Below are positions 55,511-64,000 of a DNA stretch of 64,000 bases, in pieces (the first letter of the stretch is position 1; each line of letters starts with the position of its first letter). The stretch is taken from assembly GCA_013265495.1 (NCBI GenBank), contig MU058213.1, positions 2,356,001-2,420,000 on the forward strand, written 5' to 3'. A program made the translations under genes and the position numbers. Below the pieces are notes generated by a model. It was not told where the DNA came from. It saw only the letters and a program-made list of their open reading frames with translations, and made no database searches. This DNA is from Vicugna vicugna (lineage: Eukaryota).

Positions 55511-56490
55511 GTAAAAATAAGTCTTTACAAAATTTTTTTAGTCCACAATGAAATTTTTCTATGTCTTAGAAATCACTGCTAATAATAGTTACAGGTTAAA
55601 GAAAGAGTAGAATTTTTCAGTCTTGTCAATATTGACAAGAAATCTAATTTAGACTTCAAATTTCTAAATTTATGCTAGATAATTGAAGTAATTTCAGTCT
55701 GTGTCTTATTCTCATCAAAAGCTCTCCCAGAGGAAGAAAGTTCTGTTTTACATTATGCTCATCAACATCCTGCAGTTACAGGAGCTTAATTCTGTTGCTG
55801 CCTGCCACTGACGAATGACAAGGGAGGCCAGGAATCTCTTCAGTCAGTTTTTCTTAATGCAAAAACAAATACTGTTTTGCTTACTCTGGGAATCAATGTC
55901 CTTCATCCATTTGATCCTTGAATCAAGGCAGTTTGAGTTTAGTGATGTCTAGTAATTTGAACTTCTCAAGTTGCTTGTAGCAATAACAGCAAGTGCATAT
56001 GTTACCATGCTAATATTTACCAAGCCTCTTCACTCACTCATACTGTATTCACAAGGCAAAATAAAGATGCTTTTTTCACTGAGTTGAGTTGATCAATACT
56101 GACAGCAAACCCATAACTAAATAAATACATAGCAAATCGCAGACCTTTGAACTCCATTGGGTCATTTCCTTCTTGTATGTACATTCTCATTTCTCTATAC
56201 ATGTTTACAGTAATATATTTGAGTAAATCGCTAATATGTATATGTGTATATACGTATATAGCTACTATTTATTACAGGCAAAGCATGTATTAGTCAAAGG
56301 AAGGCTTTAATATTCAGTGACTCATTCTTTTATTAAACATTTTTTAAGTCCTGTGCTTTATAAGAATGAAAGCAGTGGGGATGTATCTGCAGATCCCAGG
56401 GACAAAGTAATAGAAACTGTTTCCTTTATTATCATTTTTTGGCTGCTGAGTAAATCTTTATATTAAAAGCGTTAATTTGGTTTGTTTCAG

Positions 56491-56632
56491 TGGTTTCTGC
56501 ACAAGGCTTGCAGGCAAAGGACAAAACGGGGTCGAGTGACCCATATGTTACAGTTCAAGTTGGAAAGAACAAAAGAAGGACTAAAACCATTTTTGGAAAC
56601 TTGAATCCAGTATGGGATGAGAAGTTTTATTT
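56491..56632 (+). CDS. UNC13C: UNC13C coding exon, 142 nt, N-terminal half of C2B: (V)[46 protein letters not shown](F)
   Basis: Acceptor tttgtttcag| and donor |gtaagt. C2 motifs [10 protein letters not shown] and LNPVWDE are present, including the first two Ca2+-ligand aspartates. Phase 1 in, phase 2 out. Not in the ORF track. Confidence 0.96.
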
Positions 56633-57799
56633 GTAAGTATATAATGTGCAACTATTACAAATGCTAAAATATTTGAGAAAAATGTTAAGACAGGTGTGCA
56701 AAATACATAAGCAATAATTAGCTCATATCTTAATTGTGTTAATTAGATTAAGAAAATTTAATTCTATGCAGAAATTACAAAAAGTGAAACTAATATTATG
56801 TCTTCACTTAGTAATCTCATGATGCTTATTATTCTTCATCTTCGGAAGCAAGTGAATAAAAAGAATACTCCAAAATGTGGCACGGCTGGGGTGACTTTAC
56901 AGGGAAAAAAGATGACAACATGGTCTGTAACTGGAATTGACCCAACATAGCAAGGAATTGACAGGCTTGATCCAGCAGTATCTTGACATCTGAAGATTTA
57001 TGACTAAGGGCAGTGGAAGGACTTTGGGTGTTAGCTGACCCATCACGCATACACCAGCCTGTATTGATGAAATGCTTGATTGTAACTTTGAAAACCTCTC
57101 ATTTTCTGTGAGGTCATTTATTTTTAAACTTCTTGTATCTTGTACCAGACCACAAGAAATCATTTTTTTTTTCTGTCTAGGGTTCTTTTCTTTCCCTCCC
57201 TCCTCCTTAGAGAGAGATAAGATGACATCCAATTACCTTTTGGTAGAAATGAAAATCCCTATGCGTTGAAAGGCGGACTGTTCTTTTTCTTTCCTCCTTT
57301 CTTTGTTAACAGTTTAAACATGAATCTCATTAACATGCTAAAAAGTAAGCAAACCCAACACATACAGTCTTGTTTGGGAATGTGGACAGTAGTGTATATG
57401 AAATAGAGAGTTTCCTGTGTATATTGGCTAGTGAGGGGAGTGCTAAGAAAAGGGTTGGAAAATCAATGGGAATCAAACAACAGTGAGTGCCATAGAAAGA
57501 ACTGGGAGATTGGGATGATTGTGCCTTTCAGATTGCTGGGAAAAACCGTATTAATATCTCTTTGTTTATTAATAGAGGACAAGAAATCGATTCATAGTCA
57601 TAAATTCTTACTCCTAACGCAGTCAAGTACATGAATAAAGCAGGATAAGGAACACAAAAGGGAGGGACAGGGACCGTGACAAAGTTGAGAGCAAGTGACT
57701 CAGTAAAGAGACAACTTCCATTTCTGTGCGATCATGCAAATGCAATGCGGCTAAAGCTTCTGATTTCTTAGGGGGATATGGAAATTTGAACGTTTAAAA

Positions 57800-60700
57800 A
57801 TGGCTTTATTACGGTATAATTAAAAAAAACAGTCTATGTATTTAAAGTGTACAATTTAAGTTTTGACATGTGAATTTTCCCATGAAACCACCACCATAGA
57901 CAAGAAAATGAGCTTATCACCCCAAAAAGGTTCTTCATGTCTCATTGTTGCCACCCCTCCTGACTCCCCAGAAGATAGTCACTGATTTGCTTTATAATGC
58001 TATAAAATATTTTTTATTTTTCATTTCTAGAATTTTATGTAAATAGATTGTATAGTATGTGTCCTTCTCTTGCGTGGTTCCTTTTATTCAGCACAGTTAT
58101 TTTGAGATCCATCCATGTGTAGGGTTTAGCAATAATTCATTTCTTTTTATTGCTATGAGGCATTTTCATTGTATTAAAATAGTAACTGTTTATGCAGTCA
58201 CCTTTGGCCATTTAGTTTGTCTCTAGTCTTTAACTGTTACAAAGTAAAGCTGTTAGGAACACTTGTGTACAAATATTTGTATGGACATAAGTTTACATTT
58301 CTCTTGAATAAGTACCTAAGAGTAAAATGGCTGGAACATATATTAGGAGTATGTTTAATTTTTAAGACTCTTCCCAGATAATTGTACTGGTTTACGTTTT
58401 CACACCAATGTATGGAAGTTCCAGGTCTTAAATATCCTTCCAACACTTGGTAAAGCCAGCCTTTTACATTTTAGCCATTCTAATACATGTGTAGTGTTAT
58501 AGTGGTTGTATTTTGCATTTCTCTAGTGACTGATGATTTGGAGCATCTTGTAATGTGTTTATGTGCTATCCATACCTGGTTACTGTCCAAATTAGTTTTT
58601 ACTTACTTACCTGTCCAAATATTTTGCCCATTTTTATTGTTTTTGATTTTTTATACAAGGTTTTTATACTTTACATTGAGGTCAACTATACATTTTGAGA
58701 TGACTTTTTAATGTGGTGTAAGTTATAGACCCAAGTTCATTATTCTGGGTATGGATACCCAGTGGTTCCTAACCATTTTTGAGAGCACTATTCTCTACTA
58801 AGCTGTTTTTGCACCTCTGATAAACTTCAGCTCTCAGTATTGATATGTGTGGAGCACTTTCTGCATTGTTCACTGTGATGTCTTTATCTATATGCCAGTA
58901 CTACACAGTTTTTTTTAATGCACAATCTTGATTACTATAGCTTTACTTCTTAGAATCAGCTAGTGTTAAGTTCTCCAACTTTTTCTTTTTTTTTTCAAAG
59001 TTTTATTTTATACACACACACACACACACACAGCCTGCTACAATTTTGGTTGCCTTAACTAAGACTTCCAGTATAATGCCTAGTGAAAGTGATAAGAGCA
59101 GACATCTGGCCTTGTTTCCATTCTTAGATGGAAGCTGGTCCTTTCTTGATTAACTATATTAGCTGTAGCCTTATTGTAGATGCCATTTTTCCAGTTAAGA
59201 CAGCATCTTCTATTTCCAGTACACTGGAAAGTTTTGATCAGAAACTGATGCTGTATTTTGTTTAGTGCTTTTATTGCATCTTTTGAGATTATCATATGAT
59301 TCTGAATGTCATTTTCAACATCTATTTTAGAAGACACTGTTCCATTGTCTTTAAGTTTGCATTTTTTTCTTCTTTTCAGTGAGAAATCTGTTGTTGCCCT
59401 CTTTTTCTGGTCCTCTGTATGTATCTTTTTCCTCCCATAATTGCCTTGGAGTTTGTATTTTCCTTACTCATGTGCATAGTTTTATTATGATGTGCCGTAT
59501 TGTAATTGTCTTCGTGTTTCTGGTACTTAGGGTTTATTGAGCTACTTGGGCCTGTAAGTCTGCAGTTTTCTTTAAAATTAGGAAAATTTTGGCCATTATT
59601 CCTTTAGCTATTCCTTCTGCTCTTTTCTTTTGGAGATTTCACTTAGACATATATTTGGCATCTTGAAGTTGTCCCCAGTCCATTAATGCTCTGTTTGTTC
59701 ATTTTCTATCTCTCCCTTCCCTCACCCACCCCTCTTTTCTGTTTCACTTTTAATTATTTCGATTACTATGTGTTTAAATTCACTAACCTTTTCTTCTGTA
59801 AAATCTAATCTACTGTTAATCCAAGCCATTGTCTTTTTATCTCAGATATTTTAGTTTCCATGTCAGGAAGTTCAAATTGGGTCTTGGCATCTTTCATGCC
59901 TCCACTTAACTTTTTTTTTTTAATTAAGGTTTTATATGGAGGGCAAGAGTCTTAAGATCACAGAAAAACTGAGGAGAAGGTATAATGGTTTCCCATACAC
60001 CTGCCATCCCCACGTGTGCTTAGTCTTACTGTATTATCACCGTCTCCCACCAGGATGGGGAGTATATTGTTAACACTGATAAATCTACATTAACACATTA
60101 TAATCACCCAAAGTCTGCAGTTTACATCACATTTCTCAGTGATTTACATCCTGTTTGGACAAATGTATGATGACGTGTATACATCATTATGGTATCATAT
60201 ACAGTATTTTTATTACCTTAAAAATCCTCTGTGCTTCACCTGTTAATTCTTCCTCCCTCCCCAAATACCTTGCAACCACTGATCTTTTTACTATCTCCGT
60301 AGTTTTGCCTTTTCTACAGTGTCATATGTTAGAAATCATAAAGTATGTAGCCTTTCCAGATTGACTTTATTTTCATTTAGTCATATGCATTCAAGGTTCC
60401 TCCGTGTCTTTTCATGGCTTGAGAGTATATTTCTTTTTAGCACTGAATAATTCACTGTTTGGATTACCACGGTTTGTTTATCCATTCACCTACTGAAAAA
60501 CATCTTTGTTACTTCCTAGCTTTAGCAATTATGAATAAAACTGCTATGCAGGTTTTTACATGGACATGTTTTCGGCTCCTTAGGAAAAGTGCCACGGAGC
60601 ACAATTGTGATCATGTGGTAAGAGTGTGTTTAGTTTTGTTAAAAAAAAAAAAAACAAAGAACAACAGCAACAGAAAACCTGCCAAGTTGCCTTCCAAAGT

Positions 60701-61900
60701 GGCTATACCATTTTGCATTCTCACAAGTAATAAATAAGTTTCTGTTGTTCCCTGTCCTCTCTAGCATGTGGCATTGTTCATGTTGCGCATTTTGGCTGTT
60801 CTAATAGGTACATAGTGGTATCTTGTTTTATTTTGTGTTTCATTTCTGACATATGTTATGGAGCACTTTTTCATTTGCTGTTTTGCCATCCTGTGTGTCT
60901 TCTTTAGTGTCTGTTAAGGTTTCTGGCTCATTTTTAAATCATGTTGTTTATTATTGAGTTTTAAGGGTTGTTGGAATATTTTGGGTAAAAGATTTTATCA
61001 CATGAGCCTTTTGAAAATACTTACTCTCTGTGTGGTTTGTTTTCTCGTTCCCTTGACATTCTTTCTCTACTTAACTTTTTGATTCATGCAGTACTTACAG
61101 TGACTGTTTTGATGTCCTTGACTGCCACTTCTAACTGACATCAGTGTCCATTCTTGGTCAGTTTTGAGTAATAGATTTTTGTCCTCGTTTTGTGTCATAT
61201 TTTTCTGCTACTTCATGTGCCTGGTCTTTTATATTGGATGACAGACATTGTGAATATTACCTTGTGGTTGCTGGGTATTTTTGGCATTCTGTAAATATTC
61301 TTGAGCCTTGTTTTGAGACATAGTTAAGTTATATGGAAACTATTTGGTTCTTTAGATCTTGCTTTTAAAAATGTGCTCAATGGTAATGAAGTAGCGTTCA
61401 TCTTCAGGCTAATTGTTCCTCGATACTGAAGCAAGACGCTTGCGTGCCTCCTGACTCGTGAATGATGCTGTGCAGGAGACTCAAGCACTATTTCTGTGGG
61501 GCACTGTTACATCTAATCCTTTTGATGGCTTTTAACCTGGCCTTGGGTGGTTTTAGCCCATGCATGCGCTCTTACTCAGTTGATTGCTCAGGATGAGCCT
61601 GCAGCAAATTGTTGGAGTTTTCTTTGTTTAGTTGTCTTCTTTTTGATCGTATGCCATGTGACCTCTAGCTGCATTGGGTTTCTCAGCTTTTCATCTCTGT
61701 CTTTCCAACTCAGGAGAATCCAGTGGACCCCACCTGGGTTTCCTCTCTTTGCACAATGGCCTGGAAACTCCCTGAAATCACTCTTCTTCACTGACAGATC
61801 TTCAGTGTACTGAAAAACAGTGTATTCTATATTTTGCTCACTTTGTGATTTTTCACATGGGAGGAATCTCTCATTCTTTTTACTCTTTCTTGACTGGCCT
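57800..61900 (-). mobile_element. Cluster of antisense L1 fragments (L1MA/L1MB-like 3' end, ORF2 and 5' pieces)
   Basis: tttaaagtgtacaattt...catgaaaccaccacc; ORF 59080-59337 NHMIISKDAIKALNKIQHQFLIKT matches L1 ORF2 [24 protein letters not shown]. Confidence 0.9.
59916..61064 (-). mobile_element. Nested L1 (L1MC-like) 3' fragment with a 16-bp TSD
   Basis: tttggacaaatgtatgatgacgtgtat... 3' UTR. TSD copies are ctccacttaacttttt (59900-59915) and ctctacttaacttttt (61065-61080). Confidence 0.8.
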
Positions 61901-62999
61901 AGAAAGTCTGGGACTCTGAATTAAATTGATAAGCAAAACAAAACAGAACAGTATGAGAGCAAGCACAGAAAATGTCAAACAGCATGTTACTTCTGGAGAT
62001 AATTAATCCATAGGTTGCCAGCTGCAGTCAGTGAAATAAAGCATCCATTTAAAGAAATGCAGTAGTACAAATATTTCTTCTGTTTTTTTTTCTTTTCTTA
62101 ATTCTGCAAAGTGTCTCCCTTGACAAGTCAGCTGAATAATGGTAAGTACATTCATGTGAGGAAACTGCCCAAGACCAAGATAAAGTCCACCCAAAAGAAT
62201 TAGATACCTCAGTGCCCAGTCCTCATTCAGGTCAGGAATAGTGTTTGTTCCCACTGGGCAGGCTAGGAAGCGTCACGATTCCTGGGGTGAGTATATTGGA
62301 ATGAACAGTTAAAATATGAATGATCAGTTTTCTAATTGGCAGCCTTTCATATAATTCACTATACTGCATGCCTGTTCTCCTTTTGATAGAAGGCACCATC
62401 TCCACTGGCAAGAATAATATATCTATTTTTTAAACAACAGTATTTTCAAGAAGGAAGAAATACAAATTTGAGTTTATTGCACCCTGCTGTGCATATAGTA
62501 TAAACATATATATAATTTGCATATTTTTCACAATATTTTTCACTTCACTGACAAAATGTTTATGAGCTGTAAATGAAATGATGCTCTCCAAATTTTTCTA
62601 TTTCACTCCTTCTAGAAGATTGAAAGTGAATGCCTGAATTTCCAATAGTAATTATTTTTGTTGACAGTTACCTAAACTACAAAATTCCATTTATATTACT
62701 GAGGTTCTGTGTCACTGTTTTGAATCTTCTTGTGCATGTTTTCCTTTTACCATGAAAATGGCAAACTTATCTTCCTTTACAAGGGGTGTTCTTTTGCAGG
62801 AGGTGATGAGTTCCTAGTGAATTTATGTGCAGATTTTAAAAAATGCATACATGTCACAGTTTAGCTCACCCGTGCCTCCCACTACCTTGGCAGCCCTGCC
62901 CTGTGAACTGGAGTGGAAAAACCTGTCCTGACATTCTGAAAACAGGATGTCTTATTGATGGTTCTGCTTTAGTTTGCATTTTGGGCAATCTCCTTAAAG

Positions 63000-63140
63000 T
63001 ATGAGCTGTAGCTTTTCTTGTATGAAAAATTGGGATAATACATACCTCATAGGATTGATGTATTTGTTGAGATAACATATATAGAGCTTTTGTCACTTGT
63101 GAAGCATTGACAGTGGCACTTGCATCATTATTATTAGTGT
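63000..63140 (+). mobile_element. MIR SINE fragment
   Basis: ttgggcaatctcctt...gggataatacatacctcataggattgatg...tgagataac. Confidence 0.7.
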
Positions 63141-64000
63141 TCAGAACATGATCACATTCTTTGTTCTGAGATTCAGGACTTAGAGCAAACGTAGCAGTGA
63201 TACCTTCAGATCAACAAAGTTCCATTCTGAATAGTGAGGCCAAGAGATGTCTGATGAACAAGGTGCTGTGGGAAGGAAGCACAGCTGAAATAAGAATCAG
63301 AGAGTTGAGACTGGGCAAAATATTGACGGATGGTTTTCTTCAACTCCCTCATTTTACTGATGAGAAAATCAAAGCTTTGGTTATAGTAGAGACAAGACTA
63401 TGAAGCAGCCCCCTATTGTGAAGCCAAAAATAAGATACAAGTAGAAATTAAAAAGTGTATTGTTTCCCACCTTCAAACTCTTCCTTCAGAAAACGTGCAG
63501 TTGACCTGAACCAGGCAGGCAATCACAAAGCTGGTAAGATGAAAATGCAAATGAAGTCATTTTTCATTTTTTTTTGCTTGAAAGCTTAATTGTTCCCCCA
63601 TTAATGACACTTTGATGCCCTCAAGAGATTAACGCTAAGTAATTTCAATTTTAATTTTACCCTCTTACCATAAAAAAAGAAAGTTTGAAATTTTAATCTT
63701 TGCAAGACCGTGGATATTGTGTGATTGTGGAATGCAGCACTCTGGAGAGTGTTTACAGAGAACAGAGCATAACCAATTAAGCCCTTGCAGAAAAACGGGT
63801 TAGGAGGGGCTGTAAATAGTGTAATTGCGTAATTCTTAAAATAATCATGTGAGGATTAAGACAGTATACGTCAAAGTGATTTGAAAATGCTAAAATACTA
63901 CGTAAATCTAAGGTGCTCATTATCTCTGCTTTTTCTTCCTAGTAAGTTACGTATTTGATCATTTCATAATTAATTATGACATTTGATTTTATTTTCCCAT

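Noticed and set aside
55192..55551. 119-aa ORF as a standalone gene
   Set aside because: It is exon 55283-55510 plus intronic flanks.
62790..62810. Possible 3-nt microexon ttttgcag|GAG|gtgatg
   Set aside because: The donor is poor, and an insertion would fall inside a C2B beta strand.

Overview
AT-rich, repeat-dense mammalian genomic DNA from inside the UNC13C (Munc13-3) gene on the + strand. I saw no Alu, B1/B2, Bov-tA, CHR-2 or PRE-1 SINEs, and the young L1 3' UTRs look cetartiodactyl-type, possibly camelid (inference). Six consecutive coding exons of 79, 6, 72, 220, 228 and 142 nt have GT-AG boundaries and splice in frame. They encode the pre-C1 linker, the C1 (DAG/phorbol-binding) domain, the C1-C2B linker and the first half of the C2B domain. 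One of them is a 6-nt microexon (GCCATG, Ala-Met) that the ORF track cannot show. The rest is intron with L1, L2, MIR, MaLR and TcMar/hAT fossils. I found no convincing novel multi-gene system. The best leads are the microexon, a candidate internal first exon near 20.6 kb (MQPKEKL-R, in frame with the next exon), a twin-primed inverted L1 with a chimeric 3' end, and an L1 with an apparent 3' transduction. Repeat family names come from recalled consensus sequences and repeat boundaries are approximate.
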